Counted from the first letter of the stretch, positions 9,601 through 22,033 are shown. The stretch: DNA of 64,000 nucleotides from an uncultured Chloroflexia bacterium (GCA_963713975.1 OY970218.1:1472001-1536000); one strand, 5' to 3'. Made by a program: numbers and translations. Notes: generated by a model not told the origin, from the letters alone.

Positions 9601-10374
9601 GTGGCCACGCTCATCTTCGACTGCGACGGCGTGCTCGCCGACACCGAGCGCTACGGTCACCTGCCGGCGTTCAACCAGACCTTCGAGGAGTTCGGGCTGC
9701 CGTTCCGCTGGTCCGAGGAGGAGTACGGCCGGAAGCTCGCGATCGGCGGGGGCAAGGAGCGGATGAGCTCCATGCTCACGCCCGACGTCATCCGGGCCGC
9801 CGGGCTGCCCGATGACCCGGAGGCGCTCGCCGGCGAGGTCGCGAAGTGGCACAAGCGCAAGACCGCCATCTACACCGAGCTGGTGGCGGCGGGGACGATG
9901 CCCCCGCGGCCCGGGATCAGCCGCCTCATCGGCGAGGCGCAGGACGCCGGGTGGACCCTGGCGGTGGCCTCCACGTCGGCCGAGCCGGCCGTGCGCGCGA
10001 TCCTCGGCTACGCCGTGGGCGAGGAGCGGGCCGGCCGGTTCGACCTCGTGCTCGCGGGCGACGTCGTCCCGAACAAGAAGCCCGATCCCGCGATCTACCT
10101 GCTCGCACTCGAGCGACTGGCCGTCTCGCCGGCCGATGTGCTCGTGGTGGAGGACTCCCGCAACGGCCTGCTCGCCGCGGTTGGCGCGGGCCTGCGGTGC
10201 CTGATGACCGTCAACGGCTACACGGAGGAGGAGGACAGCAGCGAAGCAATCCTGGTGGTGTCGTCACTTGGAGAACCCGATGGCGAGCGGACGCGGGTGA
10301 TCGCGAACCGCAGCAAGGCATCGCCGGGCACCCACGTCACGCTCGCGGACCTCGAGGCCGTCCTGGCTTCGTGA
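9601..10374 (+). CDS. HAD-superfamily phosphatase, CbbY-like
   Basis: Motifs FDCDGVLADTER.GH..AFN..F, GGGKERM, KKPDPAIY and VEDSRNG. Confidence 0.9.
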   Translation: MATLIFDCDGVLADTERYGHLPAFNQTFEEFGLPFRWSEEEYGRKLAIGGGKERMSSMLTPDVIRAAGLPDDPEALAGEVAKWHKRKTAIYTELVAAGTMPPRPGISRLIGEAQDAGWTLAVASTSAEPAVRAILGYAVGEERAGRFDLVLAGDVVPNKKPDPAIYLLALERLAVSPADVLVVEDSRNGLLAAVGAGLRCLMTVNGYTEEEDSSEAILVVSSLGEPDGERTRVIANRSKASPGTHVTLADLEAVLAS

Positions 10375-10413
10375 CGCGGCGGCAGGAGGCTCAACCCTCG
10401 AAAGGAGGTTGGG

Positions 10414-11073
10414 ATGGCAGCGTCATCCCTCGACGATCTCGACCTCGTCGTCATGACGATGGCCGGCACGATCGTCGACAACGCGGACTACTTCGCCCAG
10501 CTCGATTCGATCGTGGGCGACGGCGATTTCGGGTACTCGCTGCGCAGCGGCTGGGAGGTGGTCCTCGCGGACTACGACTCCTGGGACAAGCCCAACGCGG
10601 GCGCCGTCCACAAGAAGATCGGGCTCACGCTCGCCGCCAAGGTCGGTGGGGTCAGTGGCCCGATGTGGGGCACGGCGTTCCTGCGGGCCGGGGCGACGGC
10701 AGGCGACCAGGACCTGACGCCCGACCTGATGATCGCGATGCTGCGCGCGGCGATCGCCGGGATCATGCAGCGCGGCGGGGCCTCTCTCGGCGACAAGACG
10801 CTCCTTGATGCCCTCTCTCCGGCGACCGACAGCCTCGAGGAGAGCTTCAAGGACCCGGCGACGCTCGAGGACCGCGGCGTGGCCGCGATCCAGCGCGCCG
10901 CGGACGTGGCGGTCAAGGCCGCCGAGGACACCAAGGGCATGCTCGCGCTCCGCGGACGGGCGGCCTACACGGGCGACAGGAGCCGGGACTCGGTGGACGC
11001 CGGCGCCACCGCAATCGGGGTGATCCTCCAGGCCGTCGCGGCGGCGTGGCGGGATCGGTACGGCAAGCAGTAG
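10414..11073 (+). CDS. dhaL: Dihydroxyacetone kinase subunit L (DAK2)
   Basis: Motifs LDSIVGDGDFG, GGVSGPMWGT, GDKTLLDAL, GRAAY.G and DAGA. RBS AAAGGAGG. Confidence 0.9.
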   Translation: MAASSLDDLDLVVMTMAGTIVDNADYFAQLDSIVGDGDFGYSLRSGWEVVLADYDSWDKPNAGAVHKKIGLTLAAKVGGVSGPMWGTAFLRAGATAGDQDLTPDLMIAMLRAAIAGIMQRGGASLGDKTLLDALSPATDSLEESFKDPATLEDRGVAAIQRAADVAVKAAEDTKGMLALRGRAAYTGDRSRDSVDAGATAIGVILQAVAAAWRDRYGKQ

Positions 11074-11085
11074 AGGGACCGCAAC

Positions 11086-12081
11086 GTGAAGAAGTTCGTC
11101 AACGACCCCAAGCAGTTCGTGCCCGAGTTCCTCGAGGGCATCATGCTCGCCAGCGGCGGCACGCTGAAGTACGAGCCGAAGTACAACCTCATCTACCGGG
11201 CGGACATGCCCAAGCCGGACCGGGTGTCGATCATCCAGGGCTCGGGCTCGGGACATGAGCCGGCGCACACGATGATCGTCGGGCCGGGCATGCTCGACGC
11301 GGCCTGCCCGGGTGACGTGTTCGCGGGTCCGCCCGTCGAGTTCGTCACCGAGACGTCCAAGCTGATGGACTCGCCGGCGGGCGTGCTCTACCTCGTCAAC
11401 AACTACACCGGCGACCGCACCGCGTGGGAGATGGCCCGCGAGATGTGCGAGGCCGAGGGCCAGAAGATCGGCTGGCTGCTCGTCAACGACGACGTGGCGG
11501 TCAAGGACTCCACCTGGACCGTCGGGCGCCGGGGCGTCGCCGGCAACTTCTTCGTCATCAAGGCAGCGGCCGCGATGGCGGACAAGGGCGGCTCGCTCGA
11601 GGAGTGCGTGCGCGTCGGCGAGAAGGTCATCGCCCAGGTCCGCACGATGGGCATCGCACTCTCGTCCTGTACACCGCCGGTGCGCGGAACGCCGCTGTTC
11701 GACATCGGCGACGACGAGATGGAGGTCGGCATCGGCATCCACGGCGAGCCGGGCCGGCAGCGGACGAAGGTGGTCCCCGCCAACGAGATCGTGGACCTCC
11801 TGCTGGACGCCATCGTCCCGGACCTGCCGTTCGTGGACGGTGACGAGGTCGCGCTGATGGTCAACGGCCTCGGAGGCACGCCGGTCAGCGAGCTCTACCT
11901 GCTCTACGGCATCGCACACAAGAAGCTCGCAGACAAGGGGATCAGGGTCTTCCGGAGCTATGTCGGCGAGTACTGCACCTCGCTCGAGATGGCGGGCGCC
12001 CACATCTCGCTGCTGAAGGTCGACGAGGAGCTCAAGGAGCTGCTCCTGGCCCCCGCGGAGGTCGCGTACCGCGTGTTCTGA
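11086..12081 (+). CDS. dhaK: Dihydroxyacetone kinase subunit K (DAK1)
   Basis: Motifs MKKFVNDP, GSGHEPAH, NYTGD, GRRGVAG, GIHGEPG and TSLEMAG. Confidence 0.93.
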   Translation: MKKFVNDPKQFVPEFLEGIMLASGGTLKYEPKYNLIYRADMPKPDRVSIIQGSGSGHEPAHTMIVGPGMLDAACPGDVFAGPPVEFVTETSKLMDSPAGVLYLVNNYTGDRTAWEMAREMCEAEGQKIGWLLVNDDVAVKDSTWTVGRRGVAGNFFVIKAAAAMADKGGSLEECVRVGEKVIAQVRTMGIALSSCTPPVRGTPLFDIGDDEMEVGIGIHGEPGRQRTKVVPANEIVDLLLDAIVPDLPFVDGDEVALMVNGLGGTPVSELYLLYGIAHKKLADKGIRVFRSYVGEYCTSLEMAGAHISLLKVDEELKELLLAPAEVAYRVF

Positions 12082-12102
12082 CCCCTCGCCAGCCCACAGG
12101 AC

Positions 12103-12135
12103 CCGAGACGCCCGGCCTCGCGCCGGGCGTCTCGG
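12103..12135. terminator. Hairpin between convergent genes (probable terminator)
   Basis: 14-bp perfect stem CCGAGACGCCCGGC / GCCGGGCGTCTCGG with a 5-nt loop. No U-tract. Confidence 0.65.
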
Positions 12136-12139
12136 CGTC

Positions 12140-13174
12140 TCAGGCGGCGTCGCGCCGGGCGCGCAGGACTCGGTGCGTGAACGGGATCCGGAATTCGCGG
12201 AACACCTCGACCGAAACGAGCGTGCCGGCGAACAGGAAGATCACCCCCAGGAGCTCGCCCAGGTAGAAGGTCTCCGTGAGGCCGAAGCGGGAGAGACCGC
12301 TCGTGACCGACGGGATGAACCCGCCGATCGCCAGCAGGATCGTCGCCGGGACCCGGCTGTTGAGCTTGCCGGCGAACAGGTCCCGGATCGTGGCGGGCAG
12401 AGAGGCGACGAGGTTCACCGTGATCGCCACCGGCGCGATCGCCAGGTTCACGAGGAACCGGCCGAGCCCCCGGGTGCGGCTGAGGTCGTAACGGATGAGG
12501 CGCTTCTTGGGCATGAACACGTAGGTGCTGTAGAGGGCACCGAACGCGAGCGCGAAGCCGCCGGTGATGTTGAACAGCGGGGTCAGCAGGCGGGCGAAGC
12601 CGGGCATCGCATCGCCGGTCGGGATCCCGCTCGCGTCCAGCGCGTAGCCGGGCGCCGCGAGGGGGGCGAGCATGACCAGCGGGATGGCGAGGACGGATCC
12701 GCCGACGATCAGGGTTCCGGCCAGGGGAGCCCACCGCCCCGCGGGGCGATACGTTGCGACGGCGATCGCCACGGCCGCGACCAGCCCCAGGAGCGGGTAC
12801 AGGTACTGGGTCCCGGCCGCGTCCGGGTAGTCGTACCTGAGCCACGACAGGTAGGTGAACAGCCCTGCCAGCACGAAGCTGATCGCCGCCCCATACCCGA
12901 ACCGCGTCTTGCCCAGCAGGTACATCGTCCCGAGACCCAGCCACGCGGCAACGTAGACCGCGCCGATCAGGTACCAGGTGCGATACAAGGGCTCGCTCCA
13001 GCCGAACGCGCCACCCCAGAACTCCGTGCCGGCGGAGATGCCGTACCAGACCATGCCGATCGTCCAGATCAGCTGGTAGGGCCGGCGCCGCTCCAGCCAC
13101 TGGTCGAGCAGAAACAGCGCGAACACGAAGCTCAGCGTCGAGCTCAGGAACGGCAGGAAGACGTTGGCTTCCAC
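12140..13174 (-). CDS. Hypothetical polytopic membrane protein
   Basis: Many hydrophobic helices. Start taken as GTG 13174 after GAGGTG. Confidence 0.75.
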   Translation of the reverse strand: MEANVFLPFLSSTLSFVFALFLLDQWLERRRPYQLIWTIGMVWYGISAGTEFWGGAFGWSEPLYRTWYLIGAVYVAAWLGLGTMYLLGKTRFGYGAAISFVLAGLFTYLSWLRYDYPDAAGTQYLYPLLGLVAAVAIAVATYRPAGRWAPLAGTLIVGGSVLAIPLVMLAPLAAPGYALDASGIPTGDAMPGFARLLTPLFNITGGFALAFGALYSTYVFMPKKRLIRYDLSRTRGLGRFLVNLAIAPVAITVNLVASLPATIRDLFAGKLNSRVPATILLAIGGFIPSVTSGLSRFGLTETFYLGELLGVIFLFAGTLVSVEVFREFRIPFTHRVLRARRDAA

Positions 13175-13323
13175 GCGGGTGACACCTCGAGCGAGCCGGG
13201 GTCCTCGACCGGCCCCCAGAGGGTATCGACTTTGGGACGTCCCGAAATGGGCACGCCGTCGGATAAGCCCGGGTGAAGTCCGGCATGGCCGCCCGGTGAG
13301 TGGGCGGCGCCATCCTGCGGCGC

Positions 13324-14022
13324 ATGAACGACACCGACAAGCGACGGGCCAAGCGTCGGCGGAAGGCGGGCAAGTCCTACCGGACGACGGACCTGGGTAA
13401 CGGCGTGGTCCAAGCCACACCGGAGGCCGTGCTCCGGGCCATGGGCGGACTGCCGCCGGATCTCGAGTGGCCGGTCATGGCGCCGAACGTCATCCCGATT
13501 CTTCCCCGCCGCCGGCCGATGCCGCCGCAGGCCGGCGAGCCGTTCCGGGTGACGCTGCCTCCCGGTATCCCAACCGGCTTCGGGATCGATATCGGCCCGG
13601 CCTTCCTGGTGGTCGGCGAATCGCTGCTGGGCACGTGGCCGATCGGACCCGCAGACCTGGTCGCGACCGCGCTCGACAACCTTCGTGCCCGGATGCACCA
13701 GGTCAGGCCGCGCGACCTGGTGCGCCAGGACCTGGACGGCGTCCCGGTGCGGGTCCTCCAGTCCGGGCTCGGGTGCGCGTCCGCCCTGGTGCTGGTGCCG
13801 GACGAGCTGCGGCGGATCTTTGGAGCGGACCCCCAGTGTCTGATCGCACCGATGCGGGACATCCTGATCTCGCTGCCGCCCGACGTGGATCGAGCGTTCC
13901 TGGCCTGGATCAACGACGAGTTCGCCGAGATGGACCCCAACGGCCTTGCGCTGGACGCCTTCACGCTTTACGGCGGCGAGCTCCGCTACGAGGCGTTGCG
14001 ATCGCCGATGCGCATGTCCTGA
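13324..14022 (+). CDS. Hypothetical protein, weakly DUF1444-like
   Basis: Coding-like codon usage. The pattern ALDNL...ASALVL...APMRDILI recalls DUF1444, but the family call is tentative. Confidence 0.6.
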   Translation: MNDTDKRRAKRRRKAGKSYRTTDLGNGVVQATPEAVLRAMGGLPPDLEWPVMAPNVIPILPRRRPMPPQAGEPFRVTLPPGIPTGFGIDIGPAFLVVGESLLGTWPIGPADLVATALDNLRARMHQVRPRDLVRQDLDGVPVRVLQSGLGCASALVLVPDELRRIFGADPQCLIAPMRDILISLPPDVDRAFLAWINDEFAEMDPNGLALDAFTLYGGELRYEALRSPMRMS

Positions 14023-14171
14023 CGCGGTCGACGGCGGAGACCCCCGACCGCGGGCTCGTCGGACGACCGTGAACTACCCGTGGTGACCACGGGTCCCGTT
14101 GCCGTGGCGGTCGGCTGGGCCGCCGGCGCCTCGCGTACCCTTGGCCTCGTCGGGCCCGGTCGGCGGGCAGC

Positions 14172-14795
14172 GTGGAGAACGCGCAGATGAGGGCATACCT
14201 GGCGATGCGGCTGCTGGAGAGATCGGACAGCCTCCTGCTCATCATCGACGCCCAGCCCGGGTTCTATGGACACGCACCCCTTGCCGAAGATGACACGGAG
14301 CGGCTCGAGGGCGTCCTCGCCCGGTGCTCGTGGCTGGCCGGGGTGGCCACGGCTCTCGGGGTGCCCGTGATGCTGACGGAGGAGGACCCCGATCGCAACG
14401 GGCCCACCGATGCGTCGGTCCTCGCCCGCCTTCCCGGTGACTCGGCGAGGTTCACGAAGCCCGTGTTCGGGCTGGGGGGCAACCCGGAGATCCTCGCCGC
14501 AGTAGAGGCGACAGGGCACCGGACGGCGGTGCTCGCGGGCCTCGAGACGGACGTGTGTGTCACGCACTCGGCCCTGGGGCTGCTGGACCTCGGGTTCCGC
14601 GTGGTAGCGATCACGGATGGCCTGTTCTCGCCCGGCACGATGCATCACCACGGCCTCTCGCGCATGAGCGACGCCGGCGTCGAGCTCGTCCACGCCAAGG
14701 GTCTCTACTACGAGTGGGTGCGGACGCTGGATGGCGCGCGGGCGTTCGAGGTCGCACACCCCGATCTGGCGGACCCGCCGGGCTTCGCGCTCTGA
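14172..14795 (+). CDS. Isochorismatase-family hydrolase
   Basis: Motifs LLIIDAQ, FTKPVF and LAGLETDVCVTHSALGL. The start may be ATG 14188-14205. Confidence 0.85.
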   Translation: MENAQMRAYLAMRLLERSDSLLLIIDAQPGFYGHAPLAEDDTERLEGVLARCSWLAGVATALGVPVMLTEEDPDRNGPTDASVLARLPGDSARFTKPVFGLGGNPEILAAVEATGHRTAVLAGLETDVCVTHSALGLLDLGFRVVAITDGLFSPGTMHHHGLSRMSDAGVELVHAKGLYYEWVRTLDGARAFEVAHPDLADPPGFAL

Positions 14796-14797
14796 CG

Positions 14798-16099
14798 GTG
14801 ACACCGGAACCTCGCCCGTCCCGCTCGCGGCGGGTCCGTTTCGGCTCGCTCGTCGTCGATCCGGCGCCGTTGCGGCTGGACCGGGACTTCCGACTGCTGT
14901 GGATCGGCCAGGCGATCAGCACGGTGGGGCGGATGATGACCGCCATCGTCCTGCCCTACCAGGTGTACGTCCTGACCGGCGACATCCTGGCGGTGGGAGC
15001 CCTGTCCATCGTCCAGCTCATCCCGATCCTGGTCTTCACGCTGGGCGGGGGTGCTGTTGCCGACGCCATGGATCGCCGCCGGCTGTTGTTGATGACGCAG
15101 TGCGCCCTGTTGGTGGCCACGCTGGGCCTCGCGGCGCTGGCGCTGCAGCTCGACCCGGCGATCGGCGCGCTCTATGCGCTCGCCTTCGTCGTCGCGGGAC
15201 TCGCGGCCGTGGACCAGCCCGCGCGCGCCTCGGCGATCCCGCGGCTGGTCCCGCCCGAGCGCCTCCAGAGCGCGATCAGCCTCAACCAGATCGTGTTCAA
15301 CGCCGGGGCGGTGGTGGGGCCGGCGATCGGTGGCGTGATCCTCGCCGTGGTCGGGACGGCGGCCGTGTACCTCATCGATGCCGTGACCTACGGGGCGGCC
15401 ATCGTCGCCCTGCTGATGATCGCGCCCATCCCGCCCGCTCCCGGTGCCGTGCGGCCGAGCGTGCGAGCCATCCGGGAGGGCCTCCGGTTCGCCCGCCGGC
15501 GCCGGCCGGTCCTGGCGACGTTCATGGTGGACCTGGTCGCGATGGTCTTCGGATCGCCTCGATCGCTGTTCCCGGCGATGGCGCTCGACGTGTTCCACGT
15601 CGGCGCTGCGGGGCTCGGGCTCATGTCGTCCGCGATCGCGCTGGGCGCCATGGTCGCTGCGCTGTTCACCGGCTGGACGACTTCGGTGCGACGGCCGGGC
15701 CGCGCTGTGCTGATCGCCGTTGCCGTGTGGGGCCTGGGCATCGTGGGGTTCGGCCTGTTCACCTTCAGCTTCCCGCTCGCGCTCCTGTGTCTCGCGATCG
15801 CGGCCGGCGCCGACGTCATCAGTGCGGTCCTGCGCAGCTTCATCGTCCAATACCTCACGCCCGACGCGCTTCGCGGTCGGGTGAGCTCGATCCACATCAT
15901 GGTGGTCACGGGTGGCCCGCGCGTCGGCGACGCAGAGGCGGCCGCGGTGGCGGCGCTGGTCGGACCGGCGCTGTCCGTGGTGTCGGGCGGGTTGCTGACG
16001 GTCCTTGGCGTGAGTGTGCTGGCGCTGGCGATGCCCGACTTCGGCAGGCTCGAGCTGCACCCGGGCACGGAGGAGGACGCCGCGCTGGTCGAGGCCTGA
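14798..16099 (+). CDS. MFS transporter (EntS/MFS_3-like)
   Basis: Motifs DFRLLWIGQAIS, GAVADAMDRRRLL and TPDALRGRV. About 12 TM helices. Confidence 0.9.
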   Translation: MTPEPRPSRSRRVRFGSLVVDPAPLRLDRDFRLLWIGQAISTVGRMMTAIVLPYQVYVLTGDILAVGALSIVQLIPILVFTLGGGAVADAMDRRRLLLMTQCALLVATLGLAALALQLDPAIGALYALAFVVAGLAAVDQPARASAIPRLVPPERLQSAISLNQIVFNAGAVVGPAIGGVILAVVGTAAVYLIDAVTYGAAIVALLMIAPIPPAPGAVRPSVRAIREGLRFARRRRPVLATFMVDLVAMVFGSPRSLFPAMALDVFHVGAAGLGLMSSAIALGAMVAALFTGWTTSVRRPGRAVLIAVAVWGLGIVGFGLFTFSFPLALLCLAIAAGADVISAVLRSFIVQYLTPDALRGRVSSIHIMVVTGGPRVGDAEAAAVAALVGPALSVVSGGLLTVLGVSVLALAMPDFGRLELHPGTEEDAALVEA

Positions 16100-16125
16100 T
16101 CGCCTCCCGGCCGGCCACTGCCCTG

Positions 16126-17016
16126 CTACCGCGCCGGCAGGTCCGGCACCAGGATCGCGGCCGCCCGACGTGCCCAGGCGCCGCGCGCCGGTGACCGGCG
16201 GGGAAGCTCGGCGAGGCGCTCCAGGCAGCCGAGCACGGCGAGGTCGTCGAGGGCGGCGGCCGTCACGGGATCCGCGGCAACGCCGGCCGCGGCCAGGAAC
16301 GCCGGCCCGGCCGCGCGCCACCGCTCCGGGTGGTGATGGCGGACCATGAGGCGGAACCAGGCGGCGTCGAACAGCGGCGGCGCGACGCGGACACGCTCCA
16401 GGTCCAGGAGTCCCGCGAGGCGGCCGTCGGCGATCACGAGGTTGACCGGTGCGAGATCGCCGTGGGCGAGGACCGGCGGCGCTATCGCAACCAGCGCCGG
16501 GATCCTGCGCACGACGGCCGCGGCCGCTTCGTGCTCGTCGTCGCCCATGCTGGCGGCCGCCTCCCTGAGCCAGGTGTCTGCCGCACGTTCCAGGCGGCCG
16601 GCGTCGGCCCACCGGCGCGAGCAGCGGATGCCGCGCGAGGGGACGGACGCGATCGCCGTGGCCGCCTCGCCTGCCAGCCGGCCAAGCTCTGCCGCGCCAC
16701 CGGGAGCGGCGAGGCGCTCGTTGCCCGCGACCCCCGGGACGTGCCGGGCGACCAGGAACGGGAGGGCCGCCGCCGGGTCGCCGGCCAGGATCTCGGGAAC
16801 TGGGAGCCGCGGTGCGTGGGACCGCAGGTGCCGTGCGAGCCGGATCCTGCGCGTGATCCCCGCCCGTCCTGCGGCCGTCGCTCGCCCTTCCTGGAACACG
16901 ACCCGCGTCCCATCCGCGAGCATCACGAGGCTCGTCCGCACGTCCGTCGCCCACGGTCGGGTCAGGTCTTCGACGGCCGTGACCCGGCAGCCCAGGAGCA
17001 TGGACGGGGCGGTCAA
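16126..17016 (-). CDS. Aminoglycoside-phosphotransferase (APH)-family kinase
   Basis: Motifs HGDLAPVNL, GLLDLE and LPVPEIL. Overlaps the stop of the upstream gene. Confidence 0.75.
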   Translation of the reverse strand: MTAPSMLLGCRVTAVEDLTRPWATDVRTSLVMLADGTRVVFQEGRATAAGRAGITRRIRLARHLRSHAPRLPVPEILAGDPAAALPFLVARHVPGVAGNERLAAPGGAAELGRLAGEAATAIASVPSRGIRCSRRWADAGRLERAADTWLREAAASMGDDEHEAAAAVVRRIPALVAIAPPVLAHGDLAPVNLVIADGRLAGLLDLERVRVAPPLFDAAWFRLMVRHHHPERWRAAGPAFLAAAGVAADPVTAAALDDLAVLGCLERLAELPRRSPARGAWARRAAAILVPDLPAR

Positions 17017-18317
17017 CCGTCGCCGGACAGCGTGTCCGTGAACATCCCGTCCGCGTCGAAACCGATGGCGCGGGGCGGTTCGAGCACGTCGCAGCGCCCG
17101 GTCGCGAGCACGTCGGCCAGGGCGGGTTCGCTCACGTAGAGCAGCTCGAGGTGCTTGGTGCTGGCGACACGGACGATTCGGGCCGTTGCCGCATCCACCT
17201 GCAGGCAGGCGGCGAGCGCGATCGCCAGCGCGTCCTCGTCCGTGTCCACGGTCACCGGGATCTTCGCTCCCTCGAGGTCCTTGGCCGTGATCTCGTTGAG
17301 GTAGGTGCTCCGGGCATCGACCGCGTCCACGGCGCGTCGGAGGGCGACGTCGCCAAAGCCGATCCCGGACGCGTTGCCCTTCGTGGCCGGGGTGAGGCCC
17401 CGGATGACGATGCGCCCGATCCTCGGCCCGGCGGCGTCGGGGCCCGCCGTCTCGAGGCCCGCCATGGCGCGGCCGATGACGTTGGGGTCCAGGCCCGTGC
17501 CGCTGATGTCCTTGCCGATCTCGTCGACGATGAGGACATCGATCTGGTCGGCGGGCAGGCGCGCCATGCGGTTCCGCGCGTCCGAGAGCAGCTCCAGCTC
17601 CCGGGTCTCGATCCGCGCAACCGGGATGGCCTCGACGTGGGCGAGACGTGAGTGCCCGTTCTCGACCAGCGCCACCGCGAAGCCCACCGGTGCCCGGGCG
17701 ATCGTGTGGCGGGCGACGGCCGGGATCAGGGCCGAGAACTCGTCGTAGCCGCGCCGGTGGAAGGTGTCCGCGCCCTTCTGCTTGCCCAGGCCGATGGCGA
17801 GCATCTTCATGATCCCGCTGCCGACGGGGCCGGCAAAGCCCGTATGGGGCTTGACGCGATTGACCGGAATGATGATGTCGGCGCCTTCGAAGGCATGTTG
17901 GTCGACGAAGACGGGCACACCCGGCGCCACCTCGCCGAGGTCGACGGTGGACATCGCGGACCGGATCTCGCAGCCCATCGTCTCGGGCGTGATCCCGTAC
18001 CCCGCGAGGACGGCGAGCTGCCCTTCGGCCGTGCCGCCGCCATGGCTGCCCATCGCCGGCACGATGAACACGTTCGCACCGGCCTCATGCAGGCGTTCCA
18101 CGACGGCGCCAACGACCAGGTCGATGCGGTCGATGCCGCGGCTGCCGGCGGCGACGCAGGCCCGCATCCCGGGTGTGACCGTCCCGATCACGGGCTCGAG
18201 GGCCGTGCGCACGGTCCCGCGGACGTCGTCCAGTTCCGTGGTGTCCAGGTGCTGGCGGACCAGGGCCCAACGAGGGAGGGCGGCGGGACGGAACTCGGGG
18301 TAGGCGCTGTTGCTCAT
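17013..18317 (-). CDS. LarA N-terminal-like (DUF2088/lactate racemase domain) protein
   Basis: Motifs GSRGI, PAMGSHGGGTAEGQ, NRVKPHT, KMLAIGLGK and GKDISGTGLDPNVIGR. Confidence 0.8.
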   Translation of the reverse strand: MSNSAYPEFRPAALPRWALVRQHLDTTELDDVRGTVRTALEPVIGTVTPGMRACVAAGSRGIDRIDLVVGAVVERLHEAGANVFIVPAMGSHGGGTAEGQLAVLAGYGITPETMGCEIRSAMSTVDLGEVAPGVPVFVDQHAFEGADIIIPVNRVKPHTGFAGPVGSGIMKMLAIGLGKQKGADTFHRRGYDEFSALIPAVARHTIARAPVGFAVALVENGHSRLAHVEAIPVARIETRELELLSDARNRMARLPADQIDVLIVDEIGKDISGTGLDPNVIGRAMAGLETAGPDAAGPRIGRIVIRGLTPATKGNASGIGFGDVALRRAVDAVDARSTYLNEITAKDLEGAKIPVTVDTDEDALAIALAACLQVDAATARIVRVASTKHLELLYVSEPALADVLATGRCDVLEPPRAIGFDADGMFTDTLSGDG

Positions 18318-18435
18318 GAGCGGATCATGCCCTGCCGGGGCTCCGGGTGCGTTGTTGGGGCGCCGGGGTGCGCCACCGCGTGCTCGGACCACCCGTCCGG
18401 GCGACACGAGCGGTGCAGCAAGGCATCCTTGTGCG

Positions 18436-18894
18436 ATGCACCTGCCGGATCCGGAGCTCCCCAACGCGGCGCCAAGTCCCGGCGATCTCGCCGCGGAGCC
18501 GGATGATCTCGCGCCCCGTGACCGCGCGTCGCTTCCCCTGCGCGCAATCCTCGTGACCGTCGGCACCGTGTCCCTCGTGATCGGTGTGCTGGGGATCGTG
18601 CTTCCCGTCCTGCCGACCACGCCGTTCCTGCTCCTGGCCGCTGCCTGCTACGCGCGGGCGTCGGACCGGCTGTACGGCTGGCTCATCGGCCAGCGGTCCC
18701 TGGGGCCGATCATCACGGAGTGGCGCCGGTCGCGCTCGCTGCCGCCGGGGGTTCGCGCCCGGGCGCTGGCCGTGGTCGCCCTGTCGTTCGGGTTGTCGAT
18801 CATCCTCGTGGACGGCCTGTTCGTGCGCTGCGCACTCGGCATCACCGCGGTGATCGTGGGTGCCTTCCTCTACCGCATCCCCACGCGGTCCTGA
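18436..18894 (+). CDS. YbaN/DUF454-family membrane protein
   Basis: Motif GIVLPVLPTTPFLLLAAACYARAS.RL..WL. Confidence 0.9.
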   Translation: MHLPDPELPNAAPSPGDLAAEPDDLAPRDRASLPLRAILVTVGTVSLVIGVLGIVLPVLPTTPFLLLAAACYARASDRLYGWLIGQRSLGPIITEWRRSRSLPPGVRARALAVVALSFGLSIILVDGLFVRCALGITAVIVGAFLYRIPTRS

Positions 18895-18941
18895 ATCTGC
18901 CGGTTCAGCGGCCCGCCACAGCCGCGGCCCGCCTACAGTTA

Positions 18942-18976
18942 TGCGTGCCTCGCACGGGCGACTGCGTGCCTCGCAC
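18942..18976. repeat. 14-bp direct repeat with 21-bp period upstream of the EthD gene
   Basis: TGCGTGCCTCGCAC at 18942-18955 and 18963-18976. Confidence 0.7.
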
Positions 18977-19025
18977 CGGCGGTCGGCCGAACGCCCGTGT
19001 CCGCATGCCAGCCTGGGAGATCGCC

Positions 19026-19328
19026 GTGTTCAAGGCCATGATCCTGCTCTCGCGCCGCGAGGACATGACTCCCGACGACTTCCGCCGCTGGTGGCTGGAC
19101 GAGCACCGGCCACTGGCGCTCCAGCTCCCGGGCCTGCGGCGGATGGTCGTCAACATCGTGGAGGTGGACGCGGCCGACACGGGGATCGACGGCATCTCGG
19201 AGCTCTGGTTCGACACGCAGGCGGACTTCGAGGCGGCCTACGCCACCGAGATCGGCAAGACGGTCGCTGCGGACTCGATGGGCCACAACCGCAAGCGATC
19301 CCGGCTCCTCATCGACGAGCACGAGTAG
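19026..19328 (+). CDS. EthD-family protein
   Basis: Motifs FRRWWLDEHRPLA..LPGLR and DGISELWFD. RBS GGGAGA before the GTG. Confidence 0.85.
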   Translation: MFKAMILLSRREDMTPDDFRRWWLDEHRPLALQLPGLRRMVVNIVEVDAADTGIDGISELWFDTQADFEAAYATEIGKTVAADSMGHNRKRSRLLIDEHE

Positions 19329-19348
19329 GCGAGGACGACCGCGCCTCA

Positions 19349-22029
<2,681 letters not shown>

Positions 22030-22033
<4 letters not shown>

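Noticed and set aside
16126-17016. Aminoglycoside resistance gene
   Set aside because: Only the generic APH/choline-kinase fold motifs are present, with no mobile context.
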